Shown here: piece by piece, positions 38,147-47,301 of the stretch
How positions within the stretch are numbered: the first letter of the stretch is position 1
How the letters are laid out: each line of letters starts with the position of its first letter
From: Candidatus Latescibacterota bacterium
GTDB lineage: Bacteria; Latescibacterota; UBA2968
DNA length: 64,000 bases
Direction: 5' to 3'
Assembly (NCBI GenBank): GCA_022823725.1
Contig: JAJEHL010000023.1
Span: 65,561-129,560 of the forward strand
The notes under the pieces: generated by a model
Database searches by the model: none
The model's input: the letters and a program-made list of their open reading frames with translations, nothing else
What the model was told of the DNA's origin: nothing
Position numbers and translations under genes: made by a program

Positions 38147-39317
38147 CGGTGGAATTGCCGCCTATAAAAGCGTATTCTTATTGCGCCTTCTTCAGAATGC
38201 AGGCGCAGAGGTCCGGGTGGTCATGACACCCACTGCACAGAAGTTTGTGCAGCCCCTCACTTTTGAAGCACTCTCACACCACCGCGTCTATACGGATTTG
38301 TTTCCGTCGGACGGCGACCCCGATGTTATCCACGTACATTTGGGCAAGTGGGCAGATCTAATCATCGTCGCGCCAGCAACTGCAAATTTCATGGGGAAAT
38401 TGGCCAATGGGTTGGCCGACGACCTGTTGACCTGTGCGTTGTTGGCTGCAGAAGCACCTGTTTTACTCGCCCCGGCAATGGAAACCCAAATGTGGGAACG
38501 CGGTGCTGTACGACAAAATATCGCGTTCTTGAAAAAAGACGGCTATCGGATGGTTGGACCGGGGACGGGATTGCTCGCCTCGGGTGCCGGGGGAATGGGA
38601 CGCATGGCCGAACCCCATGAGATTGTGGATGAGGCCAGCAGTATGGTGGGCGAGACACAATCACTCGCAGAGAAACGCATTGTAGTGACAGCGGGCAGGA
38701 CAGAGCAACCCATTGACCCCGTGCGCTTTATCACCAATCGTTCAACGGGTAAAATGGGCTATGCTATTGCCGAACAAGCGCACCGCCGAGGTGCTGATGT
38801 CGCGTTGATCAGCGGACCGACAGAACTCACTGCACCCGCCGGTACACAGGTCGAATATATCCGAACAGTTGCCGATTTAAAAGCAGCGACCATCCGCGCA
38901 TATCAGCATGCCGACGCACTAATTATGACCGCAGCCGTGCTCGATTTTCGCCCCGAACATGTGTCCGAATCAAAAATAAAAAAACGCGATGGCGGCCTGT
39001 CCCTTCATCTTCTGCCCAATGAAGATTTTTTGATTTCTCTGGGACAAAACAAAGGCGAGCGAATCGTAATCGGATTTGCGATGGAAACCGATCACGCGCT
39101 GGAAAATGCCCGCAAAAAACTCCACGCGAAAAACCTTGACCTGATTGTGTTAAACGAATTGAATGTGGAAGGTGCGGGGTTTGGCGTAGATACCAATGTC
39201 GCGACTTTTATAGAACCCCATCGAGAACCTGTCGCATTGCCCTTGATGTCCAAACGCGATGTGGCAGATCGCATTTTGGATTGGCTGGTGTCGCGCTGGG
39301 AGAACGCGCATGAATGA
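38112..39317 (+). CDS. coaBC: Bifunctional phosphopantothenoylcysteine decarboxylase / phosphopantothenate-cysteine ligase
   Basis: 401 aa. N-terminal flavoprotein ILLGVSGGIAAYK, then the CoaB domain. It overlaps the rpoZ 3' end by 35 nt. Confidence 0.9.
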   Translation: MLTGKRILLGVSGGIAAYKSVFLLRLLQNAGAEVRVVMTPTAQKFVQPLTFEALSHHRVYTDLFPSDGDPDVIHVHLGKWADLIIVAPATANFMGKLANGLADDLLTCALLAAEAPVLLAPAMETQMWERGAVRQNIAFLKKDGYRMVGPGTGLLASGAGGMGRMAEPHEIVDEASSMVGETQSLAEKRIVVTAGRTEQPIDPVRFITNRSTGKMGYAIAEQAHRRGADVALISGPTELTAPAGTQVEYIRTVADLKAATIRAYQHADALIMTAAVLDFRPEHVSESKIKKRDGGLSLHLLPNEDFLISLGQNKGERIVIGFAMETDHALENARKKLHAKNLDLIVLNELNVEGAGFGVDTNVATFIEPHREPVALPLMSKRDVADRILDWLVSRWENAHE

Positions 39318-39981
39318 ATCCCCCGACCTGTTGGAAACCCTCGCGCTTGCACGCGATTTTCTATCGCGAGAAATCGCTTACGCGCCCGCCTCGGTTGCGC
39401 GGATAGATGATCGGGAATCGGACGCTGATCCCCTGACTATTTTGGATCGTGAGGCTTGTAGCTGTCAAAAATGCGGATTGGCGCAAACGCGCACCTCAGT
39501 CGTGTTTGGAAGTGGGAAAACCAATGCAGACCTCCTGTTTGTTGGCGAAGCACCCGGCGCTGAAGAAGACCGACAGGGGTTGCCTTTTGTAGGGGCTGCT
39601 GGACAATTGTTGACGCGAATGATCGAAGCCATGGGTTTGACGCGCAAAGACGTCTATATCACCAACATTATCAAATGCAGGCCCCCCAATAACCGGGATC
39701 CCAAACCCGATGAAATTGCCGAGTGCCAACCTTATCTACTACAACAAATTGACCTGATTGCGCCGGTTGTGATCTGTACTCTTGGCCGTTTTGCCGCGCA
39801 AACCCTGTTGCAGACCACCGAGTCGATAGGGCGTTTGCGGGGGAAAATTTTTGAATACCAGGGCGCGAAATTAGTCCCCACATATCATCCTGCTGCCCTA
39901 TTGAGAAATGCTCACTGGAAGCGCCCTGCATGGGAAGACTTGAAACTGGTTCGCAAACTTTACGATGGAACTGAAATTTAA
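39310..39981 (+). CDS. Uracil-DNA glycosylase, family 4 (4Fe-4S type)
   Basis: CQKCGL...VFGSGKTNADLLFVGEAPGAEED...PFVGAAGQLL...YITNIIKCRPP is the family 4 UDG signature. The ATG at 39310 overlaps the coaBC stop. Confidence 0.85.
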   Translation: MNESPDLLETLALARDFLSREIAYAPASVARIDDRESDADPLTILDREACSCQKCGLAQTRTSVVFGSGKTNADLLFVGEAPGAEEDRQGLPFVGAAGQLLTRMIEAMGLTRKDVYITNIIKCRPPNNRDPKPDEIAECQPYLLQQIDLIAPVVICTLGRFAAQTLLQTTESIGRLRGKIFEYQGAKLVPTYHPAALLRNAHWKRPAWEDLKLVRKLYDGTEI

Positions 39982-41351
39982 TGGCCGAAAACCCGACATC
40001 GAACACGGCTGAACGCGCGCTACCCCAGGCACTCGAAGTCGAACGCGCTGTGTTGGGTGCCATGTTGATCGACAATATGGCAATCAATCGCGTGGTAGAA
40101 GTATTGGGGGATGAAACGGCTTTTTATCATACCCCACACCGAAAAGTCTATGCGGCAATCCAAAAATTGTCTGAGCGCGGCGAACCCGTCGATCAAGTAA
40201 CACTCACAGAAGAACTCGTGCGACGAGGACAACTCGACGATGTTGGCGGCGCGGTTTTGATTGCCGAGTTGGCCAGTGAAATGGCGACAGCAGCCAATGC
40301 GGAATACCACGCGCAGATCGTACTCGAAAAAGCACAACGGCGGCGGTTGATTGCCGCAGCGACACAAACGCTTACCGAAAGCTATGAAGAAACCGAGGAT
40401 GTGCGCGAACTCATCGACCGCGCCGAACAACGGGTCTTTCAAATTGCCGAAGGCGAATTGGGCAAAGGCGTTATGTCCCTTGCATCCGCAATTGAAGAGG
40501 CTTATGTAGCGATTGAGCGCGCGCACGAACAGCCCGGCGCGCTGACTGGCGTGACCACGGGATATACGGACCTGGATGAAATTACAGCGGGCTTGCAGTC
40601 TTCGGACATGATCATCCTCGCGTCGCGTCCATCGATGGGCAAAACAGCTCTCACATTGTGCATGGCGCGCAATGCCGCCGTGAAGGGCAATGCACCCGTG
40701 CTGTATTTTTCTCTGGAAATGTCAACAGAGCAACTCGCCCAGCGACTCTTGTGTGCAGAAGCGCGCGTGAGTTCGCACCGTTTGCGAACCGGCAGGCTAT
40801 CAGAAGAGGAATGGCAACGCTTATCCGAGTGGACTGGAAAGCTTATTGAGGCCCCCATATACATTGATGATACACCTGCTATTTCCGTCATGGAACTGCG
40901 TGCAAAAGCGCGCCGTGCAAAATCCGAATACAATATTGAGTTAATCATTGTCGATTATCTACAACTGATGACCGCATCTGAAAGTTTTGGCAGCCGCGAA
41001 CAAGAAATCGCCTATATTTCGCGGTCTCTGAAAGCTCTCGCCAAAGAACTCGACATTCCGATCGTTGCCTGCGCGCAATTGTCGCGGGCTGTGGAAAGTC
41101 GCACAGACAAACGACCACAATTGGCTGATTTGCGTGAGAGTGGTTCCCTGGAACAGGACGCGGATGTGGTGATGTTTCTCTTTCGCCCCGAAGTATATGG
41201 CATTGTAGATGAAGAGGGCAATACGCAAGAAGGCAGAGCCGAGATCATTTTGGGCAAGCAGCGCAGCGGGCCGATTGGCAGCATTTTTTTAGTCTTTCAG
41301 GCAGAGCACCTCCGCTTTGAAGAGCCCGAAATCTATCGCGAATATCCCTGA
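39981..41351 (+). CDS. dnaB: Replicative DNA helicase DnaB
   Basis: 456 aa. N-terminal DnaB domain, Walker A ASRPSMGKTAL, with H3/H4 motifs. Its ATG overlaps the udg TAA (TAATG). Confidence 0.95.
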   Translation: MAENPTSNTAERALPQALEVERAVLGAMLIDNMAINRVVEVLGDETAFYHTPHRKVYAAIQKLSERGEPVDQVTLTEELVRRGQLDDVGGAVLIAELASEMATAANAEYHAQIVLEKAQRRRLIAAATQTLTESYEETEDVRELIDRAEQRVFQIAEGELGKGVMSLASAIEEAYVAIERAHEQPGALTGVTTGYTDLDEITAGLQSSDMIILASRPSMGKTALTLCMARNAAVKGNAPVLYFSLEMSTEQLAQRLLCAEARVSSHRLRTGRLSEEEWQRLSEWTGKLIEAPIYIDDTPAISVMELRAKARRAKSEYNIELIIVDYLQLMTASESFGSREQEIAYISRSLKALAKELDIPIVACAQLSRAVESRTDKRPQLADLRESGSLEQDADVVMFLFRPEVYGIVDEEGNTQEGRAEIILGKQRSGPIGSIFLVFQAEHLRFEEPEIYREYP

Positions 41352-41363
41352 GGAATATAGCCC

Positions 41364-42731
41364 ATGGGCAAAGTGCGCGTGCGGTATGTATGCCAGCAAT
41401 GCGGTGCTGATTCGAGACGGTGGTTTGGTCGGTGTGTATCCTGTGGTGAATGGAACACCTGTGTCGAAGAACAGGCATCGCCCGAGGAAAAACAAAACAG
41501 ACGCGCGGACGAATGGGTCAAAGCAAATCCACCGCAACCGATTACGGAAGTGGTGGGCGGCAAAGAAGACCGCATAGAGACAGCCATCGGCGAATTTGAC
41601 CGCACATTGGGTGGCGGCATAGTGCCCGGCATGGCTGCGCTTGTTGGCGGCGACCCCGGCATAGGCAAATCCACATTGCTGTTGCAAGGTGTTGCACAAC
41701 TCGCATTTTCGGGTATGAAGGCGCTGTACGTATCCGCAGAAGAGTCCCCCCGCCAAACGCGAATGCGCGCCCAAAGAATCGGCGCGTTATCCGATGAATT
41801 GTACTTGATTTCTGAATCCAATCTCGATCTGATTTGCGGCTACATCGAAGAAATGCAGCCCGTCGCAGTTGTGGTCGATTCGGTGCAGACCATTTTTAGC
41901 CCAGACCTGCAAAGCGCGCCGGGAAGTGTGGCACAGGTCAGAGAATCTTCTGCAAGACTGGTGGCACTGGGCAAACGCACGGGCACATCAATTTTTTTAA
42001 TCGGACATGTCACCAAAGAAGGCACCGTTGCAGGGCCGCGCGTGCTCGAGCACATCGTCGATACCGTACTTTATCTGGAAGGCGAACAACACGGTGCGTT
42101 TCGCATTTTGCGGGCGGCCAAGAACCGGTTTGGATCGACAAATGAAATTGGCATTTTTGAAATGTGTGATCGGGGGATGGTCGAAGTGGATAATCCCTCA
42201 CAGGTATTCTTGCCCGAACGCGAGGCCGAGCGAGAAGGCACAGCCATTGTTTGCACAATTGAAGGCACACGTCCCATTTTGGTCGAAGTACAAGCACTGG
42301 TCAGCCGCAGTAATTTCGGATACCCGCAGCGCGTAGCCACGGGATTTGATGCGCGACGAATGGCAATTTTAATTGCCGTACTCGAAAAACGGTCGGGCCT
42401 GCAGTTGGGAACTGAAGATATTTTCTTAAATGTCGCAGGGGGTTTGCGTATCGACGAACCCGCTGTCGATCTGGGTGTAGCTATGGCTATGGCGTCGAGC
42501 TTTCGCAGCAGACAGATGCACCGCGATACGGTTGTAATTGGCGAAGTTGGGCTGGGTGGAGAAGTGCGTGCTGTTAGTCAAATTGAACGCAGAATGACCG
42601 AAGCGCGCAAACTGGGCTTCACGCGGTGTATTGCCGCCAAAGCAAATTTGAGTGGCGCGCGCATTCCCGATAGCCTGTCGTTGATTGGCGTTCAGGATGT
42701 GGATGCGGCGCAAGATGTGGTGTTTTCATAG
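41364..42731 (+). CDS. radA: DNA repair protein RadA/Sms
   Basis: 455 aa. C4 zinc finger CQQCGADSRRWFGRCVSCGEW, Walker A GDPGIGKST, KNRFG motif, and Lon-like C-domain. Confidence 0.95.
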   Translation: MGKVRVRYVCQQCGADSRRWFGRCVSCGEWNTCVEEQASPEEKQNRRADEWVKANPPQPITEVVGGKEDRIETAIGEFDRTLGGGIVPGMAALVGGDPGIGKSTLLLQGVAQLAFSGMKALYVSAEESPRQTRMRAQRIGALSDELYLISESNLDLICGYIEEMQPVAVVVDSVQTIFSPDLQSAPGSVAQVRESSARLVALGKRTGTSIFLIGHVTKEGTVAGPRVLEHIVDTVLYLEGEQHGAFRILRAAKNRFGSTNEIGIFEMCDRGMVEVDNPSQVFLPEREAEREGTAIVCTIEGTRPILVEVQALVSRSNFGYPQRVATGFDARRMAILIAVLEKRSGLQLGTEDIFLNVAGGLRIDEPAVDLGVAMAMASSFRSRQMHRDTVVIGEVGLGGEVRAVSQIERRMTEARKLGFTRCIAAKANLSGARIPDSLSLIGVQDVDAAQDVVFS

Positions 42732-42755
42732 AAATTATCATTACGGAGAAAGCGC

Positions 42756-43379
42756 ATGGCACCGAGAATTGTACACATTTCCAAATTGTTGTCATTGATG
42801 TTGCGACACAGGCCCGATGAGTTTGGACTACAAGTCGATCGCTATGGTTTTGCCGACCTCGATGCGGTTTTAAGTGCATTTCAAGACCGAAATTCGACAT
42901 TTACTCTTGAAGATATTGAAAAAGTGGTTTATGATGGAGAAAAGCAACGTTTCGAGATTGTGGAAAACCGCATTCGAGCGCGTTATGGACACAGTTTTTC
43001 CATTGATCTGGGTCTCGACCCATCTGAACCCCCCGAATTTTTGTATAAAGGAGTAGATTCTGCCGATGCCGAGCGATTATTGTCCGAAGGCCTGGCACCA
43101 GATGATCGCGATTATGTACATTTGTCGTTTGATGCCGATGTCGCCGCGAGGTTAAGCGCCAGGCCCGGACGCCGAGGGGCTGTCATACGCATTGCTGCGA
43201 CACGCGCCCATCAGAGTGGCGTGCATTTCTACGATTGTGGCCCAACCGTATTGACCAAACACATTCCTGGGGAATTCTTGGATTTAGAACGGGGAGGGGG
43301 AATAACATCACATAACATATCCCAGGAACGAGAGAATGTGACTTATGGTCGGCGGCGACGCTTCTCATCCCGGCGTTAG
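42756..43379 (+). CDS. kptA: RNA 2'-phosphotransferase (KptA/Tpt1 family)
   Basis: 207 aa. LSLMLRHRPDEFGL...GFADLD, RFEI...RIRARYGHS and YVHLS align closely with E. coli KptA. Confidence 0.85.
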   Translation: MAPRIVHISKLLSLMLRHRPDEFGLQVDRYGFADLDAVLSAFQDRNSTFTLEDIEKVVYDGEKQRFEIVENRIRARYGHSFSIDLGLDPSEPPEFLYKGVDSADAERLLSEGLAPDDRDYVHLSFDADVAARLSARPGRRGAVIRIAATRAHQSGVHFYDCGPTVLTKHIPGEFLDLERGGGITSHNISQERENVTYGRRRRFSSRR

Positions 43380-43440
43380 TAAATAGTAGCTTTGGGGCAG
43401 TGTTCACAAGGCTAAAATAACCTTCTCACAAACGCGTTTT

Positions 43441-44349
43441 ATGGCTAACTCCTACAAAAACCACACGCAGTCCTTGCTGAGTACCGCCAAAAATTTGGCT
43501 CGGGAAACCTGCGCCGATATGATCCTGCTCGTGGCCAATTCCGACGTGAGCCACACTGATGTACTCAAGTTGAACACCACCTGCCAGGTCCTGATTGTTA
43601 CGCGAAAAAAACACTTTTTGAAAGGTGTTGAAGAAAAGGGTGTACAGCGTTTAACTTATGATTATCACCTGGGCAATGACACGCACTTCGAACAGTTGCG
43701 ACAATGCGTTATCAGAGGCATGGAGAATGGATATATTCGTCGGGATGCGCGATTGGTATGCCTGAGTCATATGCTGGCTTCGCGGGGTGTGGATGCGATA
43801 ACGGTGATGGATACCAGTATTGGGTTTGATATATACGATTCGGCAAAAATCTCAGCCATAGCGGGCGATTTACCACTCAAAGTTGTCAAAACCACGCTCG
43901 ATCTTTCCATCGATATTGGTACGGAAGGTCGCGAAGGTGAACCGGTCGGCACCTTATTTGTCATAGGCGATTCCAAACGGGTTTTGCACCATTCGCGGTC
44001 CATGACATTTGATCCTTTTCGTGGATATTCCGATAAAGAAAAAAATATCTGCAATCCCGATGTTCACGAAGGTGTCAAAGAAGTATCGCTGATGGATGGT
44101 GCATTTATCATTCGGGAAGATGGCGTTATCCTCTCTGGAGGGCGCTATATTTCAGCAAGTGCGCGCGGTCTCACCTTGCCCAAGGGGTTGGGCGCACGGC
44201 ATGTGGCGGCGGCGGCGATTACCAAAACCACCCGGGCCATCGCCCTGGCTATTTCTGAGTCAACCGGAACGGTTCGCGTATTTAAACAGGGCAAAATCGT
44301 TTTGCAAATCAACACACACCGGTGGCACATTGGACAAGACCAGCGGTAA
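43441..44349 (+). CDS. Diadenylate-cyclase (DAC/DisA_N) domain protein with uncharacterised alpha/beta N-terminal domain (DacZ/CdaZ-like architecture suspected)
   Basis: 302 aa. The C-terminal half reads LMDGAFII...GLGARHVAAAAITKTTRAIALAISESTGTVRVF. This matches the DAC motifs hDGAvii and LGTRHRAA..vtD..sivVSEETG, except RHR is RHV here. Confidence 0.6.
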   Translation: MANSYKNHTQSLLSTAKNLARETCADMILLVANSDVSHTDVLKLNTTCQVLIVTRKKHFLKGVEEKGVQRLTYDYHLGNDTHFEQLRQCVIRGMENGYIRRDARLVCLSHMLASRGVDAITVMDTSIGFDIYDSAKISAIAGDLPLKVVKTTLDLSIDIGTEGREGEPVGTLFVIGDSKRVLHHSRSMTFDPFRGYSDKEKNICNPDVHEGVKEVSLMDGAFIIREDGVILSGGRYISASARGLTLPKGLGARHVAAAAITKTTRAIALAISESTGTVRVFKQGKIVLQINTHRWHIGQDQR

Positions 44350-44375
44350 TGGGCATATTGCGCTAAGAGATACTT

Positions 44376-45665
44376 ATGCAGCGATGGATCGTGCCCCTTT
44401 TAATGGGGTTGGTCATGACCAGCAGTTTTGCTGCGATGCCGGCATTGGGCCTGCCGGTTTTTTTTGTGCTTTTTGGCATTGCATCTGTGGCCTATCTCAT
44501 TGCAGTCTGGCATTGTGAATATGTGCCATTGACGGCTATTGTAATCGCTGCGGTTGTGTTTCGGCTCAGCCTTTTGTTTTCTATCCCCGCGCTGTCAGAT
44601 GACATTTATCGCTATGTATGGGATGGACGCGTACAGTGGGCGGGCATCAATCCCTACCTGTTTGCACCTGCGGCACAAGAACTGGCACATGTACGAGACG
44701 CGCTCATTTTCCCTAAAATTAACCACCCCGAATTGCCGACCATTTATCCGCCCATCGCCCAAATAGCATTCTGGGTGGGGTACGGCATTTCGAGTGGCAT
44801 ACTGGGTATCAAGGTGCTACTCGCCTGTGCCGATCTAATTGCGGGATGGCTTATCGTCTGTTTGCTCAGGCATTTTGAGCAGCGGACACAATGGGTTTTG
44901 ATTTACTTCTGGCATCCGCTGGTCATAGTGGAAATTGCAGGAAATGGACATATCGAATCGCTGGGCATTGTCGCTTTATTGGCCGCAGTGTATTTGTTCT
45001 TAAAAGGCCGAGATTACATCGCACTAAGTGCGCTGGGTGGGGCTGTTCTGGTAAAATTCCTCCCCCTTGTTTTTTTGCCGTATTTTGTGCGTTGGAAAGG
45101 GTGGCTGCCAACCAATTGGTCGGCACTGCTCATGGTACCCTGTGTCGTGCTTCTGGGATATTTGCCCTATGCCTGGGCTGGCGCATCTGTTTTGGGTAGC
45201 CTGGGCACTTATGCACAACACTGGTCGTTTAACAGCGCGGTATTTGATGTACTCATTCTGCTTTGCGACGATGGACAAATTGCACGCGGTATCATTGCCC
45301 TGCTCTTTTCAAGTGTTGTGCTGTTGCTGATCTGGAAGCGCGTCCCCCTGTTGCACGGTGCATATCTGACTGTGGCGACCTTTGTTCTACTCACCCCCAC
45401 GCTCCATCCATGGTATATCCTGTGGTTAATCCCATTTCTCGTTTTTTATCGGCATCCGCCCTGGATCGCTTTCTCACTCCTGGTGGTTTTATCCTATCAT
45501 ATTTTGATTCAATACCAGGCTCGTGGCGTATGGGAAGAAGCCGCATGGGTCCAATGGGTGGAATACGGTGGATTGATACTGGTAGGCCTCTCGTCTTTGC
45601 TTTTCAAACGCACAGAAATCTTGACGAAAATAGGGCGTTTTTTTAATATACATCGTCTAATCTGA
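44376..45665 (+). CDS. Polytopic membrane protein, GT-C fold glycosyltransferase-like (DUF2029 / GT87-like)
   Basis: 429 aa, about 11 TM segments. SDDIYRYVWDGRVQWAGINPY is the conserved DxxYRYxWDG loop after TM2 seen in mannosyltransferase-like GT-C enzymes. Confidence 0.5.
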   Translation: MQRWIVPLLMGLVMTSSFAAMPALGLPVFFVLFGIASVAYLIAVWHCEYVPLTAIVIAAVVFRLSLLFSIPALSDDIYRYVWDGRVQWAGINPYLFAPAAQELAHVRDALIFPKINHPELPTIYPPIAQIAFWVGYGISSGILGIKVLLACADLIAGWLIVCLLRHFEQRTQWVLIYFWHPLVIVEIAGNGHIESLGIVALLAAVYLFLKGRDYIALSALGGAVLVKFLPLVFLPYFVRWKGWLPTNWSALLMVPCVVLLGYLPYAWAGASVLGSLGTYAQHWSFNSAVFDVLILLCDDGQIARGIIALLFSSVVLLLIWKRVPLLHGAYLTVATFVLLTPTLHPWYILWLIPFLVFYRHPPWIAFSLLVVLSYHILIQYQARGVWEEAAWVQWVEYGGLILVGLSSLLFKRTEILTKIGRFFNIHRLI

Positions 45666-45751
45666 TTGCACTGTCCAAAAAGAAAAACGGAACTCGAGTT
45701 GGGCAAAAACGTTTTTGACAAAGTATAAATAAGCAAAGGAGGTCGGCAAAG

Positions 45752-46234
45752 ATGCACAGATTTCGATACTTATTCTTTCTTTCACTATTTGTCGCCTGTG
45801 GAGCACAAGAACAATCTGCGGATTTACTCTTTCGAGAGGGCGAACAGGCCACGCACGACATGGCGTCGTATCCCGTGGCCGAAGTCAAATTGGCGGAATT
45901 TCTGACGCGTTTTCCCGATGACCCTCGTGCTGAGGTGGCACTACAGGCCCTGGCGAGGGTATTGATGAATCAACAAAAACACAAAGAAGCCATTGCGCGA
46001 TACGAAACCCTGATCGCGCGATTTCCGCAGAGCCGATATAGTGTACAGGCACAGTTTATGATTGGCTATATCCACGATCAACTCGGCGATTACGAACAAG
46101 CGCGGGTAGCCTATCAACAGGTGATTGATACCTATCCAAACTCTGAGTTGGTGGATGATGCCAAATTTTCAATCGAAAATTTGGGCAAAGTGCCCGATCA
46201 GTGGTTGCGTACCAAACCAATAAGTAGAGAGTGA
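45752..46234 (+). CDS. TPR-repeat lipoprotein (YbgF/BamD-like)
   Basis: 160 aa. Lipobox FVACG, then three TPR-like helices (YPVAEVKLAEFL..., YSVQAQFMIGYI..., YEQARVAYQQVID). RBS aaggagg. Confidence 0.55.
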   Translation: MHRFRYLFFLSLFVACGAQEQSADLLFREGEQATHDMASYPVAEVKLAEFLTRFPDDPRAEVALQALARVLMNQQKHKEAIARYETLIARFPQSRYSVQAQFMIGYIHDQLGDYEQARVAYQQVIDTYPNSELVDDAKFSIENLGKVPDQWLRTKPISRE

Positions 46235-46238
46235 TGCA

Positions 46239-47234
46239 ATGACAGTTGGACAAGATATTCAATTAATCAATGAACGGGTTGGGCGCGAAAGCGCGTTTGT
46301 CGATCGATTATTGTCCGAGGTGGGCAAGGTCATTGTCGGACAGCAGGACATGATTGAGCGATTGCTAATCGGCCTATTGTGCAACGGCCATGTCCTGCTC
46401 GAAGGCGTTCCCGGTCTTGCTAAAACTTTAGCCGTCAATTCATTGGCTCAGGCGATTCAGGCATCTTTTAAACGCATTCAGTTTACCCCCGATTTGTTGC
46501 CCGCAGACCTGATTGGCACAATGGTCTATCACCGGGAGACGGGCGAATTTATGGCTCAAAAAGGGCCTATTTTTGCCCAACTCGTACTCGCCGATGAAGT
46601 CAATCGCGCACCGTCAAAAGTGCAAAGTGCCATGCTCGAAGCCATGCAAGAGCGTCAAGTTACCATTGGAAACGAAACATTTGCCATGCCCGATCCCTTT
46701 TTGGTACTGGCCACGCAAAATCCCATCGAACAAGAGGGGACCTATCCACTACCCGAGGCCCAGGTTGATCGCTTTATGCTAAAAGTACGGGTAACATATC
46801 CCAATAAACAGGAAGAGCGCACCATTGTCGATCGCATGAGCCGCGATGCACCCCCTCAAATTGAGACAGTCATAACAACTGACGATCTCATTCGCGCGCG
46901 GAGTGTAGCCGACGAGATTTACGTGGATGATAAAATCAAAGACTATATCGTCGATCTCGTATTGGCAACCCGCGATCCAGAGGCTTACGGTTTGGGTGAT
47001 TTGCGCGCCCTGATCGAATTTGGCGGATCCCCACGCGCGTCTATCGCCCTGACCCGCGCTGCCAAAGCGCATGCGTTTTTGCGCCACCGCGGCTATGTTA
47101 CGCCCGAAGATGTGAAAGCCATTGGCCTGGACGTATTGCGCCACCGCGTACTGGTGACTTATGAGGCAGAAGCCGAGGAAATTAACTCCGAAGAAATCGC
47201 ACGCCAAATATTCGATCACGTTGAAGTGCCTTAA
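46239..47234 (+). CDS. MoxR-family AAA+ ATPase
   Basis: 331 aa. Walker A LLEGVPGLAKT, Walker B VLADEVNRA, AAA lid. Confidence 0.9.
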   Translation: MTVGQDIQLINERVGRESAFVDRLLSEVGKVIVGQQDMIERLLIGLLCNGHVLLEGVPGLAKTLAVNSLAQAIQASFKRIQFTPDLLPADLIGTMVYHRETGEFMAQKGPIFAQLVLADEVNRAPSKVQSAMLEAMQERQVTIGNETFAMPDPFLVLATQNPIEQEGTYPLPEAQVDRFMLKVRVTYPNKQEERTIVDRMSRDAPPQIETVITTDDLIRARSVADEIYVDDKIKDYIVDLVLATRDPEAYGLGDLRALIEFGGSPRASIALTRAAKAHAFLRHRGYVTPEDVKAIGLDVLRHRVLVTYEAEAEEINSEEIARQIFDHVEVP

Positions 47235-47301
47235 AATCAGTGAGACGTGAAAAGTAAAACGTGAGAGGGGTAGGGGGGCGTCTTACCTTTTACCGATTCC
47301 C

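Noticed and set aside
40020-41821. Several 150-170 aa minus-strand ORFs across dnaB and radA
   Set aside because: They are antisense to two of the most confidently identified genes in the window.
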